From positions 1,979 through 65,978 of the forward strand of contig JBKPLP010000038.1 of NCBI GenBank assembly GCA_046731735.1: a stretch of DNA of 64,000 nt, in the 5' to 3' direction. Origin of the DNA: Acidobacteriota bacterium. GTDB taxonomy: Bacteria; Acidobacteriota; Vicinamibacteria; Vicinamibacterales; 2-12-FULL-66-21. How positions within the stretch are numbered: the first letter of the stretch is position 1; every line of letters begins with the position of its first letter. The translations under genes were made by a program, and so were the position numbers. The notes under the pieces are model-generated. The model made no database searches. It had not been told where the DNA came from and saw only the letters and a list, made by a program, of their open reading frames with translations. This document shows positions 31,908 through 42,248 of this stretch, one piece after another.

Positions 31908-33191
31908 CTAGTCGCGCCGGTAAATCGTCCCGCCCTTGATCACGAGGTGAACCTGGCGCAGCGCGGAAATATTGCGGGTGGGATCACCGCTGACCGCGAT
32001 GAGATCGGCGAGCAGGCCTTCCTTGACGGCGCCGACCCGCGTCTCCATGTGGAGCACGCGCGCGGCGACCGAGGTCGCGCTCTTCAGCGCGGCTCCCGGA
32101 GACATGCCGTAATCGACCATCATCTCGATCTCGCGGGCGTTGTCGCCGTGAGTGAACACGCCGACATCGCTGCCGCTGAGGATGGTGACGCCGGCGTCGA
32201 GCGCTGCCTTGAAGCTGGCCCGCTTCCGCGTGATGCTCGCGGGCTCCGGGTCCTGTCCCTTCTTCCAGCCCGCGTATTGCGAGGTGGCGTCACCGGCGGC
32301 GAGCGTCGGACACAGCGCGACGTTCTTCGCCGCCATCAGCTTGAAGATCTCAGGCGTGCCGCCATCGCCGTGCTCGATCGTCTCGACGCCGGCAAGGGTC
32401 GAGCGCCTCATGCCTTCCGGCGTCGACGAGTGCGCGACGACCGGACGTCCGCTGCTCCGCGCTGTTTCCACGATGGCCGACAGCTCCTGCTGCGAGAAGG
32501 TGGGCGCCGCTTCGCCACGCGCCCCCCACCTGTAGTCGGCGTACACTTTTATCCAGTCGGCCCCGTGCCCGATCTGATCGCGGACCACGCGGACCAGGGC
32601 ATCGCCGTCGGCTTCCTCCGCGCCCTGCGGGACGCGCCACTCGAGGGAGAACCCCTTTGGCCCGTAGCTGCCGGTCGCGACAATCGCGCGGGTGGAAACG
32701 AGCATCCGCGGGCCGGGAACAATCCCCTGATCGACCGCCTGCTTCAACTCTGCATCGGCATATCCCGCTCCTTCGGTTCCGAGATCGCGGATTGTCGTAA
32801 ACCCAGCGAGCAGCGTCGCGCGCAGATGATTGACCGCCCGCGCGGTCCGCAGGCCGAGCGACTCGTGCAGCACCTGGTCGTTCCACGATGTCTCGTTATA
32901 GGGATGCAGCAGGACGTGCGAATGGCCTTCGATGAGCCCGGGCAGCAACGTCGTGCCTGGAAGATCGATCACCGTGGCACCGGCCGCGGCGATGGAGGCG
33001 GATGGTCCGGCAGCCTGGATACGTTCCCCCTGCACCCGTACGGCCCAGCCCTCGTGCAGCGTGTCGCCGTCGAACACGCGCGCAGGCCGGATCACGATCG
33101 CGGACGCAGTCTCAGGCTGCGGCGCTGCGCCTTGCGCGCAGACCGCGAGCTCCAGAAGCAGCACGCCGGCCGCGACCGCCGGCCGCCTCAT
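31908..33191 (-). CDS. Amidohydrolase-family protein (Xaa-Pro dipeptidase-like)
   Basis: [38 protein letters not shown]. Confidence 0.9.
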   Translation of the reverse strand: MRRPAVAAGVLLLELAVCAQGAAPQPETASAIVIRPARVFDGDTLHEGWAVRVQGERIQAAGPSASIAAAGATVIDLPGTTLLPGLIEGHSHVLLHPYNETSWNDQVLHESLGLRTARAVNHLRATLLAGFTTIRDLGTEGAGYADAELKQAVDQGIVPGPRMLVSTRAIVATGSYGPKGFSLEWRVPQGAEEADGDALVRVVRDQIGHGADWIKVYADYRWGARGEAAPTFSQQELSAIVETARSSGRPVVAHSSTPEGMRRSTLAGVETIEHGDGGTPEIFKLMAAKNVALCPTLAAGDATSQYAGWKKGQDPEPASITRKRASFKAALDAGVTILSGSDVGVFTHGDNAREIEMMVDYGMSPGAALKSATSVAARVLHMETRVGAVKEGLLADLIAVSGDPTRNISALRQVHLVIKGGTIYRRD

Positions 33192-33974
33192 TTACTTGGG
33201 CGTCCCGGTCGGCGCCGGCACTTCCTTGTACTCGGCAGGAATCTCGAACAGCGCGGCATCGGCTGACTCCTCGCTAATCTGCGTCACCAACGTCTTCATC
33301 TCGTAGCCCATCATCAGCATCGTCTGCCGCAGGATGAGCCCGCCTTGGGCGAGCTTGTCGAGGCCCATCGCCGTCATCACCCCGCCGGCGCCGCGAACGA
33401 TCATCTCCGTGTATTTCGCGTACGCATTCGTCGTGCAGCTGTCGCCGCTCATGGTCAGCGCGGTCGGAAAATCGGGAGGCAGGCTGGCCCGCGCCTGCTC
33501 GGGAATCGGCAAGGCCATCTTCCAGTCGAATGCCACGACATCGCATTTCAGGCCCGCGACTGTCTCGGTCTGCCCCGTCTTCTTTACGGCCACTTCCGGC
33601 GTCATTCCCGAGGCCTTCATCTGCTCAGCCGTTCGGTCTGAGGTGGTCTTCCAGTAGGTCTTGTTCGCCGGATCGAGCACATAGACCATGCCGTCCGGCT
33701 TCACGATATTGACGGCCCCGGCTGCCTGGCCCATCGCTGCCTGCGTGTACTCGAGACGCGTCCCTTTCTCGCCGATGACATAGATGATCTCCGTCCCGCC
33801 ATTCGGCAACATCTGCTTCATCATCTGCTCGCCCATCATCGCCATCATGGGGTTCGCAGGCGCGGTTGCGGTATCCGATTTCTTCATTTCCATCCGCATC
33901 GTGTATTTCAATTCCGCGCGCAACGGCGCAGATGCCACAGCGACCAGGACCAACGCGATTAACGCTTTTCTCAT
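33192..33974 (-). CDS. Secreted protein, DUF4412-like
   Basis: Signal peptide, TGQTETVAGLKC, LFEIPAEYKEV; AGGAGG RBS. Confidence 0.8.
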   Translation of the reverse strand: MRKALIALVLVAVASAPLRAELKYTMRMEMKKSDTATAPANPMMAMMGEQMMKQMLPNGGTEIIYVIGEKGTRLEYTQAAMGQAAGAVNIVKPDGMVYVLDPANKTYWKTTSDRTAEQMKASGMTPEVAVKKTGQTETVAGLKCDVVAFDWKMALPIPEQARASLPPDFPTALTMSGDSCTTNAYAKYTEMIVRGAGGVMTAMGLDKLAQGGLILRQTMLMMGYEMKTLVTQISEESADAALFEIPAEYKEVPAPTGTPK

Positions 33975-34001
33975 TCGAACCTCCTGCGGGGGTACTACGA
34001 C

Positions 34002-34135
<134 letters not shown>

Positions 34136-34145
34136 CCGCATACCG

Positions 34146-37100
34146 TCATCGCAGCGAATCGAGCTCCGCTCGAATCGCGTCGAGCTCTTTCCTCAGCACG
34201 CCGTAGCGCTCGACGGCGTCGCGGCCAATCTTCTGATCGGCTCCGGTCGTCATTCCCGCCAGATACGTGATGTGCGCCTGCAGGCCTGGCTTGCCGTAGC
34301 GCACCGGCTCGCTCGAGAGCTTCGCCACGATGGCATCGAGAGCGCTGATCTTCTTCGCGTCGCCGCCGCCGCGCAGGCTCGCCTGCATTTCACGAGCCCG
34401 GGCGACCGTCTGACTGACATCGGCGACGAGCTGTCGCACCCGCACGTTGTGCTCGTACTGTTCCTTCAAATCGGCAACCGTCACGCCGTCCAGGGCAACG
34501 TTCGGATCGAGCGTGACAGTGAACGGCTGCGTCAGGGTCACAGTACCCGTCTTCAGCCGGACCTGGTAAGACCCCGGCGGCATCGACAGGCCAGCCTGGT
34601 TGCGGACGTCCCAGACGAACCGGTTCATGCCTTCTGTCTTCGCGACACGCGGCGTGAATCCCCCGCGCCCGCGGCCGGATCCCGATGGAGCCAGGTCCGG
34701 GTCGTCTGCTTCTGCGCTGCCGCCACGCCCGCCGCGGCCGCCACGCCCGCCGCCCGCTGGTGCATCGCTGCTATATGTGTTCACGACGGCGCCTGTGCCG
34801 GCATCCAGGATCTCGATCGTGACCGGTGCCGACGCCGGCCCCGGGAGGTAGTAGTCGACATTGGGGCCCAGGATCGCCGGCGCCACGCGGGTTCGGTAGC
34901 CGGCGCGGGGTTTGAACAGTTGGACGCCTGTCGTCGTCTGGGGGGTGAGCTGCTGCAGCGTCGTGATGTTGTCCAGGATCCACAGCGCGCGTCCCTGTGT
35001 CGACACCACGAGATCCTGGTGGTGAACTTTGATGTCGGTGATCGGTACGCTCGGCAGATTCAACTGGAAGGGCTGCCACCGGGCGCCGTTGTCGAACGAA
35101 ATGAACATTCCGAACTCTGTGCCGGCGTACAACAGCCCTTCCCGATCGGGATCTTCGCGGACGACGCGAGTGGGCGTATCGACGGGGATGCCATTCGTCC
35201 CATCGGTCAGCCGCTTCCAGGTCGTACCGTAGTCGTCCGTCTTGTAGATGTAAGGCCGGTAGTCGCCGAGCAGGTAACGATACGCCGCATAATACGCGGA
35301 TCCCTTCCGATGCGGTGAGGCCTCGATGTACTGGACACGGCCACCCGGTTCCATGTCTCGAGGCGTCACGTTCTTCCACGTCTTTCCATCGTCGCGCGTG
35401 ACATAGAACGGCCCGTCGTTCGCACCAGTCCAGATGACCCCCTTCTCGAGCGGCGACTCGCTGATTGCGTAGAGCGTGCTGTAGAACTCCTCCCCCGTCA
35501 CGTCGCGGGTGATCGGCTCGCCGCTGGCACCCTGGCAACAGTCCGGGTGCGCGGTCAAATCCGGCGAGATCTTTTCCCACGTCACCCCTCTGTCGCGCGT
35601 GCGGTGCAGATATTGCGAGCCGTAGTACAGGATCTCGGGGTCGTGCGGCGAGACCGCCATCGGCGAGACACGCTGCATCCGATAGACCAGGTCGCTCGCG
35701 GGATTGCCATACAGCGACTGTGCGCCAATCCAGTAGTTCTTCTCCTGCCCCGTCTTCAGGTTCATCACACTGTACTGGCCCTTGCAGGAGCCGTAGACGA
35801 TGTCGGGGTTCCGCGGGTGCGGGATGATCGGCCCGGTCTCGCACCCCGGGCCGCCGCGCCAGTCTTCGCGCGCGAACGGGTCCGCCTGACTGCTGATGAT
35901 GATCGTCGAATCGTCCTGCTGTGCGGCGTACAGCCTGTAGGGAAACTGATTGTCGAGCCAGACGCCGTAGAACTCTCCGGTGACCTGGTTCATCTGCGAC
36001 GACCAGGTGCGGCCGCCGTCGAACGACACGTTCGCCCCGCCGTCGTTCGACTGGATCATCGTATTGCCGTCCTTCGGATTGATCCAGATGTCGTGATTGT
36101 CTCCGTGCGGCGTCCGCATGATGGTAAACGTGCGGCCGCCGTCACTGGACTTGAAAAAGCTCTCCGCGCCCGCGTACACGACGTCGGCATTCGTCGGGTC
36201 GGCCCCGAGCGTCGTGTAATAGAACGGCCGCTGAATCAGCGAAGGCTGCGTATTCAGGAGCGCCCATGTCTGCCCCGCGTCGTCCGAACGGTAGAACCCG
36301 CCGCCCGGCTTCGCCTCGATCAGCGCGTAGATCCGATCGGGTTTCGCGTTCGTGACGGCGAGATTCGCCTTGCCGATCAACTCCGACGGCAATCCCGTCG
36401 CGATTTTCGCGAACGTGCCGCCGCCATCAGTGCTCTTGTAAAAACCGCCGTCGCGCGATCCGCTGATGATCGTCCAGGGCTTGCGCTCGAGCCGCGACAT
36501 CCAGGCATAGACGACGCGCGGATTACCCGGTTGCAGCTCCACGTCCATAGCGCCGACACCATCGTTGACGAAGAGGACCTTGCGCCAGCTCCGGCCGCCG
36601 TCCTCCGTTTTGAAGATGCCGCGTTCGGTGTTTCGTTTGAACGCGTCGCCATATGCCGCGACCCATGCGATGTCCGGATTCGTCGGATGAATGCGGACCG
36701 CGCCGATCTGCCCCGCGTCACGTAACCCGGCGAACTGCCACGAGGCGCCTCCGTCAGCCGATTTGTACACGCCGCGACCCGTGGACACGTTGCTGCGAAC
36801 ACCGTCGGAGCCGGTGCCAACGTAGATGACGTGCGGGTCGGAATCCGACACCGCTATCGAGCCCATCGACCCAAGCGGAATCTGTCCGTCCGCAATCGGC
36901 GTCCATGTGGCTCCGCCGTCCGTCGTCCGGAACAAGCCGCCGCTCGCAACGCCCATATAAAAGGTACGGGGCTGGGACGGCACGCCCGTGACGGTCGTGA
37001 CCCTCCCGCCGCGGCTCGGGCCAACGAGCCGGTATTTCATTCCCTTGAACAGTACGGGATCGACTCCGCCGTCACGCGCGGGCTGCGCGCGGAGAGACGC

Positions 37101-37154
37101 AAATGCGGCTGCGACAAGGAAGGCCAGACAGATGTGTCCAAGGCGGCGCGTCAT
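34146..37154 (-). CDS. BNR/VPS10 (sortilin-like) beta-propeller glycosyl hydrolase-like protein
   Basis: Signal peptide, GPSRGGRV, many Asp-box repeats (S/T)xDGGxTW. Confidence 0.88.
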   Translation of the reverse strand: MTRRLGHICLAFLVAAAFASLRAQPARDGGVDPVLFKGMKYRLVGPSRGGRVTTVTGVPSQPRTFYMGVASGGLFRTTDGGATWTPIADGQIPLGSMGSIAVSDSDPHVIYVGTGSDGVRSNVSTGRGVYKSADGGASWQFAGLRDAGQIGAVRIHPTNPDIAWVAAYGDAFKRNTERGIFKTEDGGRSWRKVLFVNDGVGAMDVELQPGNPRVVYAWMSRLERKPWTIISGSRDGGFYKSTDGGGTFAKIATGLPSELIGKANLAVTNAKPDRIYALIEAKPGGGFYRSDDAGQTWALLNTQPSLIQRPFYYTTLGADPTNADVVYAGAESFFKSSDGGRTFTIMRTPHGDNHDIWINPKDGNTMIQSNDGGANVSFDGGRTWSSQMNQVTGEFYGVWLDNQFPYRLYAAQQDDSTIIISSQADPFAREDWRGGPGCETGPIIPHPRNPDIVYGSCKGQYSVMNLKTGQEKNYWIGAQSLYGNPASDLVYRMQRVSPMAVSPHDPEILYYGSQYLHRTRDRGVTWEKISPDLTAHPDCCQGASGEPITRDVTGEEFYSTLYAISESPLEKGVIWTGANDGPFYVTRDDGKTWKNVTPRDMEPGGRVQYIEASPHRKGSAYYAAYRYLLGDYRPYIYKTDDYGTTWKRLTDGTNGIPVDTPTRVVREDPDREGLLYAGTEFGMFISFDNGARWQPFQLNLPSVPITDIKVHHQDLVVSTQGRALWILDNITTLQQLTPQTTTGVQLFKPRAGYRTRVAPAILGPNVDYYLPGPASAPVTIEILDAGTGAVVNTYSSDAPAGGGRGGRGGRGGSAEADDPDLAPSGSGRGRGGFTPRVAKTEGMNRFVWDVRNQAGLSMPPGSYQVRLKTGTVTLTQPFTVTLDPNVALDGVTVADLKEQYEHNVRVRQLVADVSQTVARAREMQASLRGGGDAKKISALDAIVAKLSSEPVRYGKPGLQAHITYLAGMTTGADQKIGRDAVERYGVLRKELDAIRAELDSLR

Positions 37155-37176
37155 GGCAGAAGCATAACCGTACGAA

Positions 37177-37341
37177 GAATTGCCAGAATTGCCGCAATTG
37201 CCACAATTGCGAGAATCGCCTGATCGTAAAAGTCAGGGAACGAAATTCTGGCAATTCTGGCAATTCCGCAATTGCGGCGATTCCGTTCGATTCCGTTCGA
37301 TTCCGGCGATTCCGGCGATTCCGGCGATTCCGGCGATTCCG
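37177..37341. repeat. Inverted 9-mer arrays (GAATTGCCA-type x5 ... AATTCTGGC/GATTCCGGC-type x~10)
   Basis: Arms are approximate reverse complements around a ~20-nt spacer. Confidence 0.8.
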
Positions 37342-37350
37342 TCGATGCGC

Positions 37351-37917
37351 CTAGACGCGCGGGTGCATTCCGAAGTGCCAGCGGAGCTTCGACAGCGGAT
37401 CGCGGCGGCAGCGCTCCGCGGCGATCGTCACCGCATCGAGCACGGCTTCGCGTGTGAGCGGTTTTCGCAGCAGGCCTACCACGCCGAGATCGAGCGCGCG
37501 CCGGAGGTGTTCGGCGTCCGACAGGCCGGTCATGAGAATCATCTGGGGGGGCAGGTGATTGCGAAGCGCTTCGCAGACGGCGAAGCCGTCGGGTGGCGGC
37601 ATGATCAAGTCGAGCAGAACGATGTCCGGGTAGTACACCGAGGCGGCGTCAAGCGCCTCGCGGCCTGACGAGGCGGTGACGACTGCATACCCCTCCTCCT
37701 CGAGCCACAACGCAACGAGCCGCGTCAGCTCGTTCGAGTCGTCGACGACCAAAACGCGGACCGTTCCAAGCCGGCTGCGCTTTCCTTCACTGCCTGAAAG
37801 CGACGCCAGTGTGGTCGCCCAGACGCGGTTACATTTTGGACACTCGTAATAGGCACGAGCATCCTCATGCCCCGCGGGCACCGCTTCGCATCCGCACCGC
37901 GGACACCGTATGTCCAT
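37351..37917 (-). CDS. Response regulator receiver with N-terminal zinc ribbon
   Basis: CPRCG...YECPKCNRVW, then VLVVDD...LLDLIMPPPDG...KP. Confidence 0.85.
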   Translation of the reverse strand: MDIRCPRCGCEAVPAGHEDARAYYECPKCNRVWATTLASLSGSEGKRSRLGTVRVLVVDDSNELTRLVALWLEEEGYAVVTASSGREALDAASVYYPDIVLLDLIMPPPDGFAVCEALRNHLPPQMILMTGLSDAEHLRRALDLGVVGLLRKPLTREAVLDAVTIAAERCRRDPLSKLRWHFGMHPRV

Positions 37918-37996
37918 AAACGCGACGGCCCCCTGGCCGTGGTTGCATGACACTGCTACACACTCGTGGCCGTGGAGGCTGGGGTACGGGCATTTT

Positions 37997-38012
37997 AGCA
38001 AAGGCCAAGCCA
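37997..38012 (-). promoter_or_regulatory. Candidate sigma54 promoter
   Basis: Minus strand TGGCTT-GGCCT-TTGCT. Confidence 0.5.
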
Positions 38013-38037
38013 AAACGGGGGGCAAACGACGCGGCAA

Positions 38038-38211
38038 TCACCCCTTCATCTTCGCAACCACAAACATCAGCCCGATGGCGACGATAGCAACGAGGATGAT
38101 CCCGGTCCAGAACCCCGCCTTGAAGATGCCGCCGGCGAGGCTGCACCCGGAGACGGCGAAGGCGAGGAGCAGGACGAGGAGCACATGGGGCACAACCCGG
38201 GTCGTCAGCAT
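38038..38211 (-). CDS. Small membrane lipoprotein-like protein
   Basis: AAGGAGG RBS; lipobox-like VSGC, then GGIFKAGFWTGII and a TM helix. Confidence 0.75.
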   Translation of the reverse strand: MLTTRVVPHVLLVLLLAFAVSGCSLAGGIFKAGFWTGIILVAIVAIGLMFVVAKMKG

Positions 38212-38251
38212 GGAATCCTCCTTCAATGGTCGATGCTACGATTCGCTATTC

Positions 38252-38833
38252 ATGACTCGGGCCGGACGCAGCAGCGCCACCTATGCCCTCGCCTGCATCG
38301 GGATAGTCGCGATCGCGGCGCTGGTGCTGCTCGGCATGGGGCGCGTGCCGATCTGTAAATGCGGTTACGTAAAGCTCTGGCACGGTGTCGTGCAGAGTTC
38401 AGAGAATTCCCAGCACCTGACCGACTGGTACACATTCACGCACGTCATCCACGGATTCGCGTTCTACGCGCTCTTGTGGCTGGCGGCACGGCGCTGGCCT
38501 GCAGGAGTCCGTCTTGTGGCGGCCGTCCTGATCGAGTCGTCGTGGGAGATCCTCGAGAACACCGACTTCATCATCAATCGGTACCGCGAGGCGACGATCT
38601 CCCTCGACTACTACGGTGACAGCGTCGTCAATTCGGTGATGGACATCGCGGCCATGGTGGCGGGCTTCGCGCTCGCAGCCCGGATGCCCGTGTGGGCGAC
38701 ACTCGTGCTCGCGATTGTCATCGAGGTGTCACTCGCCTATTGGATCAGGGACAACCTCGCGCTGAACATCCTGATGCTGATCTATCCGTTCGAGGTGGTA
38801 CGGCGGTGGCAGTCCGGAACGTCATCGCCGTGA
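38252..38833 (+). CDS. DUF2585/UPF0314-family membrane protein
   Basis: MGRVPICKCGYVKLWHG, SQHLTDWYTFTHVIHG, YYGDSVVNS, IRDNLALN. Confidence 0.9.
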   Translation: MTRAGRSSATYALACIGIVAIAALVLLGMGRVPICKCGYVKLWHGVVQSSENSQHLTDWYTFTHVIHGFAFYALLWLAARRWPAGVRLVAAVLIESSWEILENTDFIINRYREATISLDYYGDSVVNSVMDIAAMVAGFALAARMPVWATLVLAIVIEVSLAYWIRDNLALNILMLIYPFEVVRRWQSGTSSP

Positions 38834-39205
38834 CGCGCGATCGACGCCCCAGATGCCCGCCCCTCGCGACGCGATGTAGAGAAAGACAAAACAGTAGAGA
38901 ACGGCTGGCTCGCCGCCGTTCTGGAGCGGCACCCCACCGCGGGGGAAGTGCGCCATGAAATACGCGGCTGCCATCTCACCGCTCGCGATGAACGCCGCGG
39001 TGCCAGTCAGAAATCCGATCGCCACCAATAGACCGCCAAGGAGTTCGATCACCGCCGCGAGCCCCATCTGCGAAGCCAGCGGCATCTGCGGACCGCCGAA
39101 CAGCCCAAACAGCTTCTGCGCGCCGTGGCAGGCAAACAGCAGCCCGACGACGATGCGCATCAGTGCATACAACTGCGGCGAGAACCGGCCCAGCACACGT
39201 TCCAT
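38822..39205 (-). CDS. DoxX-family membrane protein
   Basis: LMRIVVGLLFACHGAQKLFG, AFIASGEMAAAYFMAH, NGGE. Confidence 0.92.
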   Translation of the reverse strand: MERVLGRFSPQLYALMRIVVGLLFACHGAQKLFGLFGGPQMPLASQMGLAAVIELLGGLLVAIGFLTGTAAFIASGEMAAAYFMAHFPRGGVPLQNGGEPAVLYCFVFLYIASRGAGIWGVDRASRR

Positions 39206-39229
39206 TCTGCCCTCCGGGGCGAGCATAAA

Positions 39230-40174
39230 TCACCGGCGGCGCCGCAGCCGAGTCAGCAGGTCACGAAAGTCCGACGGGGGCGGTGCCTCCAGATCGAGTC
39301 GAGGTCCGTCCGGATGACTCAGCGCGAGGCGGTACGCATGCAGTGCCTGCCTGTGGAACTGGATCGGCCGAAGTGACGGGGGGCCGTACGTATAGCGCCC
39401 CTCGCCGACGAGCGTATGCCCGCGAAGACGTGCCTGCAGCCGAATCTGGTTGCGGCGCCCGGTGCGCAACCGCACTTCGATGAGCGAGGCCGCGGAGAAG
39501 GGCTCCAGAACGCGATAATCGCTGATCGCCTCGACGCCGCGGGGATCGTCGGGGCCCGTCGCCTTCTGAATGAGCGCCTTCTCGTCCCAGGCGAGCATGT
39601 CGCGCCAGACACCCTCGCGCGGCTGGGGGACGCCGTACACGACAGCGAGGTAGACGCGCTCTGCCGTCCGGCGCCTGAACTGATCCTTCAGCATCCGCGC
39701 CGCTTCGAGGTTCTTCGCGAACACGACGAGACCCGAGGTGTCTTGATCGATCCGGTGTATCGGCAGTGGACGGCGCCGACCGGTCGATCGCAGGTGTTCT
39801 TCTACGGCGTCGAGGACCGAGGGTACACCGGCGTTCCGCTCGAGCGGCACCGACAGCAGACCGGCGGGTTTATTCACGACGATAAGCGAGTCGTCTTCGT
39901 GCACGATGTCGAGGCTGCTACGGCTGATGCCGGCGCGCACCGGGCGTGCCGCGGTGCCGGGGCGATCGATCCACACGCGGATCACGTCTCCCGCTGCGAC
40001 GAGCCGCGCGGCATCCGCGATCGACACTTCTGCCCCATTGAGAAAGACTTTGCGCCGCTCCAGAGCAGACGCGGCGCGCGAGCGCGAGCCGAGCCGCGAC
40101 GACGCGGCAAGGAACTTGTCCAGGCGAACGCCAGCCTCGGCATCCGCGACCACCCAGTCGTTGTTCGGCGGCAT
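39230..40174 (-). CDS. RluA/RluD-family pseudouridine synthase
   Basis: S4-like RLDKFLA, VNKPAG, HRIDQDTSG, TGRRNQIR, QALHA. Confidence 0.93.
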   Translation of the reverse strand: MPPNNDWVVADAEAGVRLDKFLAASSRLGSRSRAASALERRKVFLNGAEVSIADAARLVAAGDVIRVWIDRPGTAARPVRAGISRSSLDIVHEDDSLIVVNKPAGLLSVPLERNAGVPSVLDAVEEHLRSTGRRRPLPIHRIDQDTSGLVVFAKNLEAARMLKDQFRRRTAERVYLAVVYGVPQPREGVWRDMLAWDEKALIQKATGPDDPRGVEAISDYRVLEPFSAASLIEVRLRTGRRNQIRLQARLRGHTLVGEGRYTYGPPSLRPIQFHRQALHAYRLALSHPDGPRLDLEAPPPSDFRDLLTRLRRRR

Positions 40175-40195
40175 GGATGGGATAATCTACCGCGT

Positions 40196-40558
40196 GTGCG
40201 GCAGGAACCCAGTAATCAGCACACGGCGTTGACCGTGGAACGCCGCGACCCTGCCGACGTGCGCATCCGCCAGGTCGTGGTTTCTCTCGACGGCGCGCCG
40301 TTCGCGACGCTCCTCTTCGGCGACACCGCTACCCGGGCCATTTCTCCTGGGCCGCACCGTCTCCGCGTCCACAACACGCTCGTCTGGAAGACCATCCAGT
40401 TCGACGCGCGGTCCGGCGAGCACGTCCGTTTCCGTACCGTCAATCGTGCAGGACCGGTGAGCATGGCGCTCGTCGCCCTCTTCGGCGCGGGACCTCTCTA
40501 CATCACCGTCGACCGCGTCGCAGATGGCTCCGTTGACTCAACAACAAGGACAGCGTGA
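40196..40558 (+). CDS. Hypothetical protein (beta-rich)
   Basis: 3' part of ORF 39416-40558; stop abuts the ROK start. Confidence 0.6.
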   Translation: MRQEPSNQHTALTVERRDPADVRIRQVVVSLDGAPFATLLFGDTATRAISPGPHRLRVHNTLVWKTIQFDARSGEHVRFRTVNRAGPVSMALVALFGAGPLYITVDRVADGSVDSTTRTA

Positions 40559-41599
40559 ATGGCAGCGCGTGATGTGTTCATCGGCACGGACGGCGGGGCA
40601 ACGACATCGAAGGTTGCCGGCGTCTGGAGCAACGAATCGGCGGTTTCGACGAAGCTCCTGCAGCGCCCGACGAATTCAGAGGCGGGACCCGACGTCATGG
40701 TCGCAGGGTGGGCGGATGCGATTACGGACTACCTCCACGTCAACGGTCTCGCGTGGGATGACGTGCGCGGCGTCGGGCTCGCCATTCCCGGACCGTACGA
40801 GCGCTACGGCGTCTGGGGAAAATCGCCAAATCTACCGGCACACTTCATCGGATTCGACGTTCACGCCGGCTACGCGCACGCGCTCGCCCAGCGGGCCGGC
40901 CGGCCGATTGCCCTGGTCGTCGGGAACGACGGCAACATGGGGGGCGTCGCCGAGGCGCAGCGCGCGCGGGGGGCGCACGACGCCACCGTGATGATGCTGG
41001 CGCCGGGATCCGGTCTCGGCTGCGCATTCATCGATCGCAACGGCCTGCCGCTCGACGGCGATACGATCTCGGGCATGGAGGCGGCCCACATGCCCGCCCC
41101 GCTTCACCTTCTGGATGCGCCCCCTTACCCGTGCGGGTGCGGCCGAACCTGGGGCTGCGTCGAAATGTACACGACGCTCGCGGGGCTACCGCACGTGTTG
41201 TCCCAACGGCTCGAACGGGCTCAGCATCACGAGCTCGCGCGATCGACCGCGCCGATGAAGCAGCGCGCCTTCTCGCTGCGCGGACTGGCACAAACCGGCG
41301 ACCCGCTGGCGCTCGACATCTTCGATTTCCAGGCGCGCGCGCTCGGGCTGCACGTCGCGACCCTGTCCATGGCGCTCGACGCACGATTCGTCGTCATCGG
41401 CGGAGGTCTGATGGACCCCGAGTCGACGACCGACGCATTCCGCGCGCGCTACCTTCGCATCGTCGCCGAGACCGCGTCGCCCTACCTGTGGCCGGCACAG
41501 CGGTCAACGCTGACGATCGTACCGGCTTCTCTTGGCGATCTGTCGCAGGCAATCGGCGCGGCGCTGGTGGCGTTGTACCGGTTTGGACAGGACAAATGA
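40559..41599 (+). CDS. ROK-family sugar kinase-like protein
   Basis: IGTDGGAT, VGLAIPGP, GNDGN, GSGLG, CGCG...GCVE. Confidence 0.88.
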   Translation: MAARDVFIGTDGGATTSKVAGVWSNESAVSTKLLQRPTNSEAGPDVMVAGWADAITDYLHVNGLAWDDVRGVGLAIPGPYERYGVWGKSPNLPAHFIGFDVHAGYAHALAQRAGRPIALVVGNDGNMGGVAEAQRARGAHDATVMMLAPGSGLGCAFIDRNGLPLDGDTISGMEAAHMPAPLHLLDAPPYPCGCGRTWGCVEMYTTLAGLPHVLSQRLERAQHHELARSTAPMKQRAFSLRGLAQTGDPLALDIFDFQARALGLHVATLSMALDARFVVIGGGLMDPESTTDAFRARYLRIVAETASPYLWPAQRSTLTIVPASLGDLSQAIGAALVALYRFGQDK

Positions 41600-41612
41600 T
41601 GAATGATGAATT

Positions 41613-42248
41613 ATGTCCATTCGCATCGTTGTGGTCGACGATCATCCGATAGTGCTCCACGGGCTCCGGCAGCTGTTGGAGCGGCAGGAGGACTTCACGG
41701 TCGTCGCGGCCTGCAGTGACGGCCGCTCGGCGATCGGCGCGGTCGAGCGACACGACCCGGACGTGCTCATCCTCGATCTGCGGATGCCGAACCTGAGCGG
41801 GCTCGAGGTCCTTCGCGCCCTGCAGGGGAGACACGAGCGCTGCCGCCGTGTGCTGCTGACGGCAGCGATTCGTGACGAAGAAGTGACGGAGGCAGTGAAG
41901 CTCGGCGTGATGGGACTCGTGCTGAAGGAGTCCTCGCCCGAGGTGCTGCTCGAGTGCGTTCGGGCCGTCCACGAGGGAAAACAGTGCATCGATCGTGACA
42001 CCCTGGCGCGCGCACTGCAGTCGGTCATCGCCAGGGACTCCGCCGAGAAGTCACCGGACACGTTGACGCCGCGCGAGGTAGAGATCGTACGGATGGTCTC
42101 GCAGGGGTTGCGCAACAAGGCAATTGCCGAGCGGCTGTCGATCTCGGAAGGAACGGTGAAGGTGCACCTGCACAACATCTACGAAAAGATGGGAGTCGAC
42201 GGGCGGCTCGAGCTGGTGTTGTGCGCGCAGCAAAAGGGGCTGATCTAG
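41613..42248 (+). CDS. NarL/FixJ-family response regulator (LuxR HTH)
   Basis: VVDDHPIV, LDLRMP, LTPREVEIV...NKAIAERLSISEGTVKVH. Confidence 0.95.
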   Translation: MSIRIVVVDDHPIVLHGLRQLLERQEDFTVVAACSDGRSAIGAVERHDPDVLILDLRMPNLSGLEVLRALQGRHERCRRVLLTAAIRDEEVTEAVKLGVMGLVLKESSPEVLLECVRAVHEGKQCIDRDTLARALQSVIARDSAEKSPDTLTPREVEIVRMVSQGLRNKAIAERLSISEGTVKVHLHNIYEKMGVDGRLELVLCAQQKGLI

